In this document: one piece after another, positions 1 through 9,741 of the stretch
Layout of the letters: each line of letters starts with the position of its first letter
Position numbering within the stretch: position 1 is the stretch's first letter
NCBI GenBank assembly: GCA_965225945.1
Contig: CBDDBZ010000009.1
Coordinates: 1-41,854, forward strand
Direction: 5' to 3'
Origin: Alphaproteobacteria bacterium
GTDB taxonomy: Bacteria; Pseudomonadota; Alphaproteobacteria; GCA-2731375
Length of the DNA stretch: 41,854 nt
Notes under the pieces: generated by a model
Database searches by the model: none
The model's input: the letters and a program-made list of their open reading frames with translations, nothing else
What the model was told of the DNA's origin: nothing
Position numbers and translations under genes: made by a program

Positions 1-25
1 CGGCGCGGCTCTCCCTTACGGACAT
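1..25 (-). CDS. Possible 5' end of a gene running off the window (MSVRESRA...), perhaps S-(hydroxymethyl)glutathione dehydrogenase
   Basis: ATG at 25 on the minus strand reads MSVRESRA. It lies just downstream of gfa, where class III ADH genes are commonly found. Only 8 codons are visible. Confidence 0.25.
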
Positions 26-133
26 GACGAGCCAAATTACCCGGCTCATAACCGCGCCACCCTGCCGGCCTATAGCCCCCTCTGAACGGATCGTCATTGA
101 CGATCATGCTCTAATTGCAACGCGAGCGAACGA

Positions 134-706
134 TCAGTCGGTCAAGACGCCCGAGGCCTTGGCGGCGTGCGTCGCCAGAAAATCCATCAACGGCGGCGAC
201 AGGCAATCGTACGGCTCGAGTCCGAGCTCCCGCAGCCGCGCCCGAACGCCGTCCATCTGGTCGGGCGGGGTGCCTCCCTCGATGATCGACGACACGAAAG
301 CGGCGAATTCGGGCGCCGACCAGCCGTCATCGTCGGAGAGCTCCGTGTGAACGAAGTCCAACCCGTGGAGCGGATGGCTCTCGTTCACCACTCGGCCGTA
401 CATGTGCGTTCCGCACGCCTTGCAGGCGTGACGATGAATGGCCGCGGACGAATCCACGATCTCGAGCTTGTCCGCGTTCGCGGTTACGCTGAGCTTGTCG
501 CGCGGGGTAACCGCGATCTGCGAGAAAGTCGCGCCCGCCGGCTTCCAGCACTTGGTGCAGCCACAGACGTGGTTGTGGACTGTCTGTGTCGCCACCGTCA
601 CTTCGACCGCATTCTCGCCGCACAGGCACCTCACCGTCCCGCCGGCGAAGTCTGCCTTGCCCGGTTTCACACCCTGGTCGACGGCCGGGTGAATCGATAT
701 GGCCAT
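134..706 (-). CDS. gfa: Glutathione-dependent formaldehyde-activating enzyme (S-(hydroxymethyl)glutathione synthase)
   Basis: [10 protein letters not shown] start, Zn-binding Cx[14 protein letters not shown] and CxxCG motifs, C-terminal [13 protein letters not shown]; GGAGG RBS upstream of ATG 706. Confidence 0.95.
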   Translation of the reverse strand: MAISIHPAVDQGVKPGKADFAGGTVRCLCGENAVEVTVATQTVHNHVCGCTKCWKPAGATFSQIAVTPRDKLSVTANADKLEIVDSSAAIHRHACKACGTHMYGRVVNESHPLHGLDFVHTELSDDDGWSAPEFAAFVSSIIEGGTPPDQMDGVRARLRELGLEPYDCLSPPLMDFLATHAAKASGVLTD

Positions 707-905
707 GTTTTCGTCCCTCCATTTGGTCGCGACGGGCGCTCTTGGTTCGGAATTCTGATTGTGAGCGCCCCGGATCGTGAGTGTGCGCCGAGCGGGGCGG
801 CGGCTCAACGAATTTTCTCAATTCATGATAGGCGCCGAAGCCATGCGCATCGCGCTCCATGCCCGCGTCTCGAGCGACGACAAAAGGCAAGATCCGTTAA
901 AGGAA

Positions 906-1930
906 GGCTCAATTCGTGAATTGTATGCATTGGTGATAGAGTGCCTGGAACGTCAGGAGGTTGGGTTATGGACGGCAAGGGTTTCCAGGTGTGGCTTTCG
1001 GCGGCGCGCGGGCTGACGCGCGCGCAGCGGCGCGAGGCGCTCGCGGTGCTGTCGGGCCGGAGCGAGGGCGAGGCATCGAAGGCCGCGATCGAGCTTGGTG
1101 TGGACGAGGCCCGGCGCTGTCCGCACTGCGCGAGCGAAGGGGCGGTTTCGCGCGGTATGGCGCGGGGTCTGCGGCGCTACCAGTGCAAGGGCTGCGGCAG
1201 GACCTTCAACGCGCTGAGCGGTACGCCGCTGTCGGGCTTGCACCACAAGGAACGCTGGCTGTCGTTCGGGGCGTCGCTGGCGAAGGGGGAGACGGTGAAG
1301 GCGTCGGCGGCGCGCTGCGACGTGGCGGTGAGCACGGCGTTCCGCTGGCGTCACCGGTTTCTGGCGGCGGCGCGGAGCGATTCGGAGGTGCTCAAGGGGA
1401 TCGTGGAAGCGGACGAGACCTACGTCCTGGAGAGCCGGAAGGGCGCGCGCGGGCTGGGGCGCAAGGCACGGCGGCGGGGCGGCAAGGCGAAGAAGCGCGG
1501 CCTCTCGCGCGAGCAGGTACCGGTTCTCATGGCGGCGGACCGGAGCGGAACGACGGTCAGCGCGGTGCTGCCCAGGGTCGATGCGGCGGCGCTCACGGCT
1601 GCCCTCGACCCGGTGGTCGCGAAGGACGCCCTGCTGGTCTCCGACGGCGGCGCGAGCTACCCACCGTGCGCCGCCGCGCTCGGGGTGAGCCACGAAGCAC
1701 TCAACCGCTCGATGGGGGAACGGGTTCGGGGCGATCTGCATGTGCAGACGGTGAACAGCCGCCACAGCCGGTTGAAGGACTTCCTGCGTCCCCGCCGCGG
1801 CATCGCCACCCGCTATCTGGACAACTACCTGAGCTGGTTCCACCTCGTCGGCCTCGCCCCCGGCGCCAATGACCGAGCCTGCCTCGCCGCCGCCGTAACA
1901 AGGTGACGCATACAATTCACGAATTGAGCC
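906..1930 (+). mobile_element. IS1595-family insertion sequence (1025 bp)
   Basis: Perfect 23-bp terminal inverted repeats ggctcaattcgtgaattgtatgc (906-928) and gcatacaattcacgaattgagcc (1908-1930) around one transposase ORF. No target duplication visible. Confidence 0.93.
968..1906 (+). CDS. IS1595-family transposase
   Basis: Zn ribbon CPHC...CKGC, HTH, EADETY, SDG and HVQTVN catalytic-type motifs; AGGAGG RBS before ATG 968. Confidence 0.93.
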   Translation: MDGKGFQVWLSAARGLTRAQRREALAVLSGRSEGEASKAAIELGVDEARRCPHCASEGAVSRGMARGLRRYQCKGCGRTFNALSGTPLSGLHHKERWLSFGASLAKGETVKASAARCDVAVSTAFRWRHRFLAAARSDSEVLKGIVEADETYVLESRKGARGLGRKARRRGGKAKKRGLSREQVPVLMAADRSGTTVSAVLPRVDAAALTAALDPVVAKDALLVSDGGASYPPCAAALGVSHEALNRSMGERVRGDLHVQTVNSRHSRLKDFLRPRRGIATRYLDNYLSWFHLVGLAPGANDRACLAAAVTR

Positions 1931-2015
1931 ATTATTTAACCTACGGCAACGTAGCGTGGGACGCCGAGCGGGCAGATTTCGTGTCCCCGCATCCAACGGG
2001 CGTCGTCGCCCCCTC

Positions 2016-2744
2016 TCAGCGGCCGGCCTCGCGCGTCCGCAGCATCGCCTCGCGGGCCGCGTCGAGGGCTTGGTCGAGGTCGAGCTCGGTCGATTTCAGG
2101 AACACCCGCTTGGTCGCGCGAATGGCGGCCGGGTCGAAGCCGATCAGGACCTCGGCCATCCGCTCGGCCTCCGCCAGCACTTGGTCGTCGGTCACCACCC
2201 GATTGATCAGGCCCAGCGCCAGCGCCCGCTCGGCGGAAACGTTCTCGGCCAGCGTCAGCATTTCGAAGGCCGCCTTCGGGCCGGCGCGATGCACCAGGCC
2301 GGGCGTCACCATCGTCGCCGCGAGGCCGCGCTTCACCTCCGGATAGCCGAACACGGCGCCCGCGCCCGCCACCACCAAATCGCAGGCGATGGCCAGGTTG
2401 CAGCCGCCGCCCAGCGCATAGCCCCGGACGGCCGCGATCATCGGCTTGTCGGTTCGGGCGCCGAGCCGGAAGATGGCGGAATGGGCCATGGCGTGCGCGC
2501 GGGCCGCCGCCGCGTCGTCGTCCCGGCGTGTCTGTGCCTCGTTCAGGTCCGCGCCGGCGGAGAAGGCCCGCTCGCTCCCCGCCAGGATGATCACCGCGAC
2601 GGAATCGTCCCGGTGGGCCGCGTCAAGGGCATCGACCAGGCCATCGACCAGGGCATCGTTCATCGCGTTGAGCTTTTCCGGGCGATTAAGGGTCAACCGC
2701 CGAATGGCGCCCTTGTCCTCGCACAGCACCACGTCGTCCGTCAT
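2016..2744 (-). CDS. Enoyl-CoA hydratase/isomerase family protein
   Basis: LTLNRPEKLNAM, AFSAGADL, GYALGGGCNLAIACD, FGYPEV crotonase motifs; RBS before ATG 2744. Confidence 0.92.
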   Translation of the reverse strand: MTDDVVLCEDKGAIRRLTLNRPEKLNAMNDALVDGLVDALDAAHRDDSVAVIILAGSERAFSAGADLNEAQTRRDDDAAAARAHAMAHSAIFRLGARTDKPMIAAVRGYALGGGCNLAIACDLVVAGAGAVFGYPEVKRGLAATMVTPGLVHRAGPKAAFEMLTLAENVSAERALALGLINRVVTDDQVLAEAERMAEVLIGFDPAAIRATKRVFLKSTELDLDQALDAAREAMLRTREAGR

Positions 2745-2797
2745 CGCACCCTCCCCCGCTTCGTTCGCGCGCATGCTAGTGGAGCCGGCGGCGGCCG

Positions 2798-4393
2798 TCA
2801 GGTCCAGATCAGGTTCCGGTAGGGGACGGGGCCGCCCGCCCGAATGTCGTCGAACAGACCCACTTCCCAATCGAGATAGGCGAGCACGTTTCGGCGAACG
2901 TCGCCCGGCCGTTCGGAACTGGCGAGCCAATGGTCCACGCGGGGGGAGAGCAGGTGCACCTCGCCGCCCTCGAGTTCGAGCCCGGCCCGCGTCCACGCGG
3001 CGATGCCACCATCGAGCACCAGAACCTCGCCGGCGCCGGAACCGACCTCCCTCGCCGCCAGCGCCGCCGTCGTTCCATCTTCCGAGGTCAGGACCAGCGG
3101 TCCCTCGCCACCGAGCTCTCCCAGCCTTCGCGTCAACTCGGTGCGCGAGCACCAAGCCGCAGCCCCGACATGGCCCGCGACATAGGCATCGGAATGGCCG
3201 ACATCGACGACGCGCACCGCTCCGGTCCGCTGGGCGAGCTCGCGGGGAGCGATCCGGCGCGATGCCGCCACCTCGATTGCAGGCACGGGCGGCGTCCCCT
3301 TCGCCAGATCGGCGCCGGCAAGGCCGTCGGCGAGGACGAAGATCTCCCCCCACCCCATCATGGTGAGCCAGAGCGCGGTCACCGTGGCGCGGACCGAATC
3401 GTCGTCGACCAGCACGAAGCGGGCGCCAAGGGTGGCGAAATAGCGCTCGGGGCTCATCACCAGCGTGCCCTCCGGCGCGTTGACGGCGCCGGCCAAATGA
3501 CCCGCCTCGAATTTGCGCGGCGTACGCACGTCGAAGAGGTAGGTCGTGCGTGCGCCCTCCGACGCCCAAGCGGCGAGCCTCGCCAGATCGATCGACGGGA
3601 TTTCACCCAGCGCGGCCACCCGGGCGGCGCGTGTCCTCGCCACCTCCACCGCGCCGGGCGTGAGGAAATCGGTGAAGCGGCTCGCGCCGACCTCCAGCTC
3701 CCCGCCGTCGAGCAGCCAGCCTCGGGTACCGTGGTGCAGCACGCGGATCTCGTTCGGCACGCCCGCCGCGAGCAAGGAGAGGCCCCCCAGGATTCCGCGC
3801 GTGCCGCTCATGCAGTTGACGACGACCTTGCTCGCCGGATCGGGCACCAGGTCCTCGAACCCGCGCAGCAGGTCGGCGCCCGGCGCGTTGATGGCGCCGG
3901 GGATGGCGCCGAGCCGGTATTCCCGGCGCGGGCGACTGTCGAGGACGATGCAGTCCTCGCCCCTCTCGAGCCCCCCCCCCTCGAGCCACTGGGCCAGCTC
4001 GCGCGATTCGATGAAGTTCGGCCGGCCATACGCCCTCGCGAAGGCGCCGAAGCCCTTGGCCGGCACCTCGATCTCCTGAAACAGCGCCAGACCCGCCGCC
4101 GCCCAGGCGCGGGCGCCGCCGTCCAGCACGCCGACGTCGGCGTAGCCGAGTTCAGCCAACCGATTCGCCGCGAGATCCGCTTCCCCGCCACCGCCGTCCA
4201 GCAGGACGATGCGGGTCGCGAGTCGGGGCACCGCGCAGGGAATCGAGAGTTCCAGGCGCGAGAGCGGCAGGTTCGCCGCCAGCAGCGGGTGGGCAGTGCC
4301 GAATTCGGTGATCTCGCGGACGTCGATGAAGGCGATCTCGCGCCCATCGGCCAGCATACGGGCGACCTCGGGCGCGGAGACGGGGCGTGGCAT
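2798..4393 (-). CDS. Multi-domain rhodanese-like sulfurtransferase
   Basis: Four rhodanese repeats (IDVRE...HPLLA; LDSRP...VNCMSGTRG; FDVRTP...GHLAGA; VDVG...GHV) with LDGG..AW endings; GGGAGG RBS before ATG 4393. Confidence 0.9.
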   Translation of the reverse strand: MPRPVSAPEVARMLADGREIAFIDVREITEFGTAHPLLAANLPLSRLELSIPCAVPRLATRIVLLDGGGGEADLAANRLAELGYADVGVLDGGARAWAAAGLALFQEIEVPAKGFGAFARAYGRPNFIESRELAQWLEGGGLERGEDCIVLDSRPRREYRLGAIPGAINAPGADLLRGFEDLVPDPASKVVVNCMSGTRGILGGLSLLAAGVPNEIRVLHHGTRGWLLDGGELEVGASRFTDFLTPGAVEVARTRAARVAALGEIPSIDLARLAAWASEGARTTYLFDVRTPRKFEAGHLAGAVNAPEGTLVMSPERYFATLGARFVLVDDDSVRATVTALWLTMMGWGEIFVLADGLAGADLAKGTPPVPAIEVAASRRIAPRELAQRTGAVRVVDVGHSDAYVAGHVGAAAWCSRTELTRRLGELGGEGPLVLTSEDGTTAALAAREVGSGAGEVLVLDGGIAAWTRAGLELEGGEVHLLSPRVDHWLASSERPGDVRRNVLAYLDWEVGLFDDIRAGGPVPYRNLIWT

Positions 4394-4521
4394 CGCCGAT
4401 CCTCCCTGAATATCGAGCGCCGCCAGCCTCGGAAGCCGCGAAGGCGATGTCAATCGCAGGCGATTCCCCATGTGCGGATCATGCTATAGGCTCGACCAGC
4501 CCACGGAGCCCGGGAGCGGTC

Positions 4522-5355
4522 ATGAGCGACATCGCCATCGAGAGAGAGAACGGGCCGAGCATCGAAACCGATCCTCGCGAGGCCGCGCGCACCCTCCGCG
4601 CTGCCGCCCGCGCCGGCCGCCACGACGGCCTCACCACCGGCCTCGCGCCGGGCATGGTGCAGGCCAACTTGGTGGTACTTCCGGCCGACTGGGCCGACGA
4701 TTTCCGCCGCTTCTGCGCACTGAACGCCCAGGCCTGCCCACTTCTGGCAGAAACCGCGCCCGGCGAGACCGCGCTTCCCGGCCTGGCTGAGGATATCGAT
4801 CTCCGGCTCGACCTGCCGCGCTACAACGTCTTTCGCGACGGCCGGCTGGTGGCGGAGGCGACGGACCTCCGCGCGCTCTGGCAAGACGACTTCGTGGCCT
4901 TCGCGCTCGGCTGCTCCTATTCGTTCGAAGAGGCGTTGGGGAGCGCGGGCCTGCGGCTTCGCCACCTCGACCAGGGCGTCAAGGTGCCGATCTACCTGAC
5001 CAACGTCGAAACCGTGCCCGCCGGGCCCTTCCGGGGACCGACCATCGTCTCCATGCGCCCCTTTTCGCCCGCCGACGCGATTCGCGCCATCGCCATCACA
5101 TCCCGCTTCGAGAAGGTGCACGGCCCCCCGATCCACTTCGGCGACCCGGGGGGAATCGGCATCGAGGATCTGGCCCGGCCCTATTCCGGCGCCCCGCCGG
5201 TGCTGTATCCGGGCGAGGTGCCGCTCTTCTGGGCCTGCGGGGTCACGCCCCAGGTGGTGCTGGCCCGCGCGCGGCCACCCATCGCCATCACCCACAAGGC
5301 AGGCCACATGCTGATCACCGATCTGCTGAACGCCGACCTGGCCGACCTTTCCTAG
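4522..5355 (+). CDS. Putative hydro-lyase, DUF1445 / D-glutamate cyclase family
   Basis: TTGLAPGMVQANLVVLP, GCSYSFEEAL, HGPPIHFGDP, VPLFWACGVTPQ, ITHKAGHMLITD motifs. Confidence 0.9.
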   Translation: MSDIAIERENGPSIETDPREAARTLRAAARAGRHDGLTTGLAPGMVQANLVVLPADWADDFRRFCALNAQACPLLAETAPGETALPGLAEDIDLRLDLPRYNVFRDGRLVAEATDLRALWQDDFVAFALGCSYSFEEALGSAGLRLRHLDQGVKVPIYLTNVETVPAGPFRGPTIVSMRPFSPADAIRAIAITSRFEKVHGPPIHFGDPGGIGIEDLARPYSGAPPVLYPGEVPLFWACGVTPQVVLARARPPIAITHKAGHMLITDLLNADLADLS

Positions 5356-5422
5356 CTGCGAGCCGCTTTCGGGTGGATCGGCGGGGCGCTATCCTGTGGC
5401 GCGACAAGGGGGAGTTTCGACG

Positions 5423-6310
5423 ATGGGCGCAAACCCGGCGAGCGCGTGGCGCGGCAAGGCGGCGGCGCGGGGTATCGAGGTCGAGGATCTGACGCCCGCC
5501 ACGGCGAGCCGTATCGACGGGGTCGATCTGGCCGAGGCGCCCGACGCCGAATTGGTCGAGATCCTGAAGGCGGCCGCCGCCGAGCGGATACTACTGGTCT
5601 TCCCGGATCAAGCGCATCTGACGCCGGCCGCCTACGTCGCCTTCGCGAATCGTTTTGGCGGTGTCTTCAACCGGCACAGCCGACGCGACCTCTGCCTCGC
5701 CGAGCACCACGAGATCTTCGTCGTCGGCAATGTCGAGGGCGGCTCGCGCAAGGTGGGGCTCAACTGGCACACCGACGACTATCATCTGGCGCGCCCGGGC
5801 CTCTACACCTTCCTGCACGCGATTGAACTACCGCCGGTGGCGAACCACACCAGCTACGCCAACGGCGTCGCCGCCCATGCGGCGCTCGACCCCGAGACCA
5901 GGTCGGCGATCGACGGCGTCCGCGTCCGTCACAGCCGCCGCCGGCTCTTCACGGAGCTCTTCGCGGACGCGAGCGAGGAACAGATCGCGCGGGAAGCCGA
6001 AGCCTTTCCGGACGTGATCCACCCCCTGGTCCGCACAATTCCCGAACTCGATCGCAAGGGCCTCTTCCTCGGTGGTGAATGGGGCAGCGACATCATCGGC
6101 ATGGAGGAAGACGCGGGCGAGCAGCTTTATCGCCGGCTGCTCGACCACATGAGGGACCCGGCTTTCGTCTACCGCCACCGCTGGCGGCCGGGCGACGTGC
6201 TGTTCAGCGACAATCGCTGCAGCCTGCACCGGGCCGAGGATTGGGACGCGGAGCACCACCGCCGCCGGCTGCACCGCATCATCCTTTGGGACACGGTGGC
6301 GCCGTCCTGA
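5423..6310 (+). CDS. TauD/TfdA-family Fe(II)/2-oxoglutarate dioxygenase
   Basis: WHTD (HxD), HPLVR, W.PGDV..DNRCSLHRA and RRLHR motifs. Confidence 0.9.
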   Translation: MGANPASAWRGKAAARGIEVEDLTPATASRIDGVDLAEAPDAELVEILKAAAAERILLVFPDQAHLTPAAYVAFANRFGGVFNRHSRRDLCLAEHHEIFVVGNVEGGSRKVGLNWHTDDYHLARPGLYTFLHAIELPPVANHTSYANGVAAHAALDPETRSAIDGVRVRHSRRRLFTELFADASEEQIAREAEAFPDVIHPLVRTIPELDRKGLFLGGEWGSDIIGMEEDAGEQLYRRLLDHMRDPAFVYRHRWRPGDVLFSDNRCSLHRAEDWDAEHHRRRLHRIILWDTVAPS

Positions 6311-6327
6311 CGCGACGGGGAGATCGC

Positions 6328-6771
6328 GTGAAAATACGACCGGCGACGAGCGAGGACGTCGAGGCCATCCAGGCCCACGCGCGGGCGGCCTATCAGATCT
6401 ATGTCGCGCGGATCGGCCGCGAGCCGGCGCCGATGGTCGCGGACTTCGCCGCCCAAGTCGCCGCCGGCCAAGTCCACGTGATGGTGGAGGATGCCCGCAT
6501 CCTGGGCTACGTCGTCTTCGATCCCCGGGACGATCATCTGCACCTGGAGAACGTGGCCGTCGACCCGGCGCGTAAGGGCGAGGGCATCGGCGGCGCGCTG
6601 ATCGCCTTCGTCGAGGCCGAGGCGCGGCGCGCCGGCCTCGTGGCGGTCGAGCTCTACACCAACCGGATGATGCACGAGAACCTCGAGATGTACCCCGCCC
6701 TCGGCTACCGCGAGACCGGCCGGCGAACCGAGGACGGCTTCGAACGGGTCTACTTCCGTAAGGAAGTCTGA
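6328..6771 (+). CDS. GNAT-family N-acetyltransferase
   Basis: IRPAT start, LENVAVDP..KGEGIG acetyl-CoA motif, LYTN..M.EN...Y..LGY; GTG start after GGGGAG. Confidence 0.9.
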   Translation: MKIRPATSEDVEAIQAHARAAYQIYVARIGREPAPMVADFAAQVAAGQVHVMVEDARILGYVVFDPRDDHLHLENVAVDPARKGEGIGGALIAFVEAEARRAGLVAVELYTNRMMHENLEMYPALGYRETGRRTEDGFERVYFRKEV

Positions 6772-6857
6772 GGCGGCGAACCGCGTCGCATCGCGCCATC
6801 CAGACGGAGATGGAGGTGCGCCTTGGGCAACTTCGCCGGATCGCGCGGGCCGGACAT
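6750..6857 (-). pseudogene. N-terminal stub of an adenosine deaminase-like amidohydrolase
   Basis: MSGPRDPAKLPKAHLHLRLDGAMR resembles the ADA N-terminal LPK.xLHxHLxG motif (second His is Arg). It ends after about 25 similar codons against the convergent GNAT gene. Confidence 0.6.
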
Positions 6858-6880
6858 CGTGCTCGCCGCGAGCCAGGCTC

Positions 6881-8065
6881 TCAGGCGAGAAACGGATCGA
6901 GACGATCGAAGGCCTCGGCCAAGCGCTCCCGGGTCTGGGCATAGCAGAGCCGGATGAAGCCCTCGCTCGCCGGCCCGAAGGCGGCGCCGGGGGCGAGACC
7001 GACCTTGCTCTCGCGCACCACCCGGGTGCACCAATCGAGGCTGTCGGTCATGCCGTCGACGGCGAAAAAGGCGTAGAAGGCGCCGTCGGGTTCGGCCATT
7101 CGGACCCGTGGGTGGGCGTTAAGACGCTCGACCGTCAGGCGCCGGGCCTCGCCATAGCGACGAACCAGCTCGGCGACGAACGGCTCGCCGTCGCGAATCG
7201 CGGTGATGCCTGCGACCTGGCTGAACTCGGCCGGGCAGGAATAGTGGAACTCGATGCACTTTTCCAGGATCGGCCCCAGGCTCGCCGGCGAAATGAGCCA
7301 GCCGAGCCGCCACCCCGTCATGCACCAGGACTTGGAAAAGCTGTTGATGGCGATGACCCGGTCTTGCGGCTCGGCGATGTCGATGAAGGAGGGCGCGCTT
7401 GCAGAGCCGTCGTAGATCAGCCGGACATAGACCTCGTCGGCGACGACCCAAATGCCGCGCTCCCGGCAGAAATCCAGGATCCGGCGCTGCAATTCCCGGC
7501 TCGCCACCCAGCCGGTCGGATTGCTGGGCGAGTTGACCATAATCGCCCGGGTCCGACCGTCGACCTGGTCGAAGAGCTGGTCGAGATCGAGCCTCCAGCC
7601 CCGGTTGCCGAGGCGGAGGCCGACGAAACGCACTTCACCGCTCATCAGCCGCACGGTCTGGATCAGATTGGGCCAGATCGGCCCGACCACCACCACGTTG
7701 TCGCCGGGGTTGGTCAACACCTGCTGCACGAGGTTGACGCCGCTCATGGCCGAGGCGGTGACCCTGACCCGCTCGAAGTCCACCGCTCGGCCGTGCAGCC
7801 GGGTGGAGTATTCGGCGATCGCGTGACGCAGCTCGTCGAGGCCCCGGTTCTCGGTATAGAAGGTCCGCCCCGCCGCCAGCGCCTCGGCCGCAGCCTCGGT
7901 GATGAACTCCGACGTCGGCTGATCCGGCTCGCCGTACCACAGCGCGATGATGCCCTCGATTCCCATGGCCGCGTTGGCGACGTCACGGATCTTGGAGGAT
8001 TCCAGCGCCTCCACCTCCGCCCGCGCGCCGGCCGGCCCCGTCGCCTTCAGGTCGACGTCGATCAT
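6881..8065 (-). CDS. PLP-dependent aminotransferase class I/II
   Basis: GEPD, NSPSNPTG, ADEVY, SFSKSWCMTGWRLGW (PLP lysine), PG.AFG and IRLCYA motifs. Confidence 0.93.
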   Translation of the reverse strand: MIDVDLKATGPAGARAEVEALESSKIRDVANAAMGIEGIIALWYGEPDQPTSEFITEAAAEALAAGRTFYTENRGLDELRHAIAEYSTRLHGRAVDFERVRVTASAMSGVNLVQQVLTNPGDNVVVVGPIWPNLIQTVRLMSGEVRFVGLRLGNRGWRLDLDQLFDQVDGRTRAIMVNSPSNPTGWVASRELQRRILDFCRERGIWVVADEVYVRLIYDGSASAPSFIDIAEPQDRVIAINSFSKSWCMTGWRLGWLISPASLGPILEKCIEFHYSCPAEFSQVAGITAIRDGEPFVAELVRRYGEARRLTVERLNAHPRVRMAEPDGAFYAFFAVDGMTDSLDWCTRVVRESKVGLAPGAAFGPASEGFIRLCYAQTRERLAEAFDRLDPFLA

Positions 8066-8166
8066 GTCACCGCCCCGTCTCGCATGCCGGCGCTATCACC
8101 TTTGGTTAACCGAATGTCAATCCCCCGAGGCCACACTTCGCGCCGCCACGACCACCGCGGTGCGCC

Positions 8167-9396
8167 ATGTCTATCTTCCCCCATCTCCTGATCATCGCCG
8201 GCTACGCGGTTCTCGCCGCGGTGATCGCCATCACCCTGCCGACGTCGCTTCGCGGCATCGAGACGACCACCGGTTACGTCATCGGCGGCTGCGTCTTTCT
8301 GATCGCGGCATTGCTGCACGAGATCGTATCGCGGCATCGACAATCGCGGAATCTCTCCGAGACGATGCGCGAGGCTTGGAGCAGCCAAGCCATCGACGTC
8401 GATGCGCTGCACCGCGTCAACAAGGAGTTGATCGGCGAGCTGGCCGAGACACGCTCTGAGATCGGCATGCTCAGGGAGCGGATCGAGCGGTCCACGGGCG
8501 ACACCGGCCAGACGGTGATCTCGGAAATGCGGGTGCTGCAGGCGCAGTTGAACCAACTCGCGCAGGCCCGGGGCAAGCCGGCCATCGCCCTCACGCCTAC
8601 CAAAGCGACGCCGCGCATCAACGGCGCGAAGGTAGTGGCCAGCGAAGATGAAGGCGACGGCGCCATCCTCGACGTCATCCGCTCGGCCCTCAAGGACAAC
8701 CGCATCGACCTCTACCTGCAGCCGATCGTCAGCCTGCCGCAGCGCAAGATCCGCTTCCACGAGGCCTTCTCGCGCCTGCGGACGCCGTCGGGCCAAGTGA
8801 TCATGCCCGACGACTATCTGCAGGTGGCACGCGAGGCCGGCCTCATCAGCACCATCGACAACCTGCTGCTGTTCCGCTGCGTCCAGCTCGCGCGCCGGAT
8901 CAAGCGGCGAAATCGCGGCGGCCAGATCTTCATCAACCTTTCCTCCCACACGCTGGCCGACGACGACTTCATCGACGAGTTCGTACGGTACCTGGAAGGA
9001 CACGCCGATCTCGCCAACCATCTGGTGTTCGAGGTGTCGCAGGAGGACCTGCTCGACTACGGTGATCGGATGCAGGTCTGCCTCGACCGGCTGGCCGAAC
9101 TGGGCTTCCGGATTTCGGTCGACCAGTTGCAACACCTGGCGATCGACTTCGACGCGCTGGCCCGGAGCCACGTGAAGTTCGTCAAGGTCTCCTCCGACCT
9201 GCTGCTGAGCGACGGGCGCGCGGCCAACGCGACGCTGCATCCGGCCGACTTCAAGGAGGCGCTCAGGCGCAACGAGATCGATCTCGTCGCCGACCGCATC
9301 GAGGACGAGCGCGAGGTGGTCGAGTTCCTGGACTTCGAGCTCGACTTCGGTCAGGGCTTCCTCTTCGGCGAACCGAGGCCGGCCCGGGAGAATTGA
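8167..9396 (+). CDS. Membrane-anchored degenerate EAL-domain protein (TipF-like)
   Basis: Two N-terminal TM segments, a coiled coil, then LYLQPIVSLPQRK..HEAFSRLR, FINLS and QGFLFGEP. The DDFG and EGVE motifs are replaced (SVDQL, DRIEDE). Confidence 0.85.
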   Translation: MSIFPHLLIIAGYAVLAAVIAITLPTSLRGIETTTGYVIGGCVFLIAALLHEIVSRHRQSRNLSETMREAWSSQAIDVDALHRVNKELIGELAETRSEIGMLRERIERSTGDTGQTVISEMRVLQAQLNQLAQARGKPAIALTPTKATPRINGAKVVASEDEGDGAILDVIRSALKDNRIDLYLQPIVSLPQRKIRFHEAFSRLRTPSGQVIMPDDYLQVAREAGLISTIDNLLLFRCVQLARRIKRRNRGGQIFINLSSHTLADDDFIDEFVRYLEGHADLANHLVFEVSQEDLLDYGDRMQVCLDRLAELGFRISVDQLQHLAIDFDALARSHVKFVKVSSDLLLSDGRAANATLHPADFKEALRRNEIDLVADRIEDEREVVEFLDFELDFGQGFLFGEPRPAREN

Positions 9397-9473
9397 GCGC
9401 GCGACGGAAACGTTCCCGAGCCGCGCCGAAGCCCGCTCGGGCCGCCGGCAGCGGCGCGGCGCGGCCGTGGAAA

Positions 9474-9741
9474 CGCCGGCGGCCGGCGTCGTCGAGCAAA
9501 TCGGCGTAGGCGGCAATGAAGGCCTCGACCTCCGCCTCCACCGCCTCGGCGAGCAGCCCCTGGGCGCCCGCGCGCAGCGCATCGGTCAGCGGATCGGCGA
9601 CCGAAATCTTATCTGGATGGGAGAACGAAACAACCCTATCGTCCTACATGGCGTATCCTTCCTTCGCGGAAATCGGCGACTCGTCATCGCCAGGATACGC
9701 CGCCTTCACTTCAACCCGTCACCAAGTTTCGGCCATGGCTC
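9474..9741 (-). pseudogene. IS256-family remnant (left end plus first ~58 codons of the transposase)
   Basis: From ATG 9649 the minus strand reads M*DDRVVSFSHPDKISVADPLTDALRAGAQGLLAEAVEAEVEAFIAAYADLLDDAGRRR, typical of an IS256 N-terminus. Stop at codon 2, truncated near 9474; GAG-type end near 9741. Confidence 0.8.
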
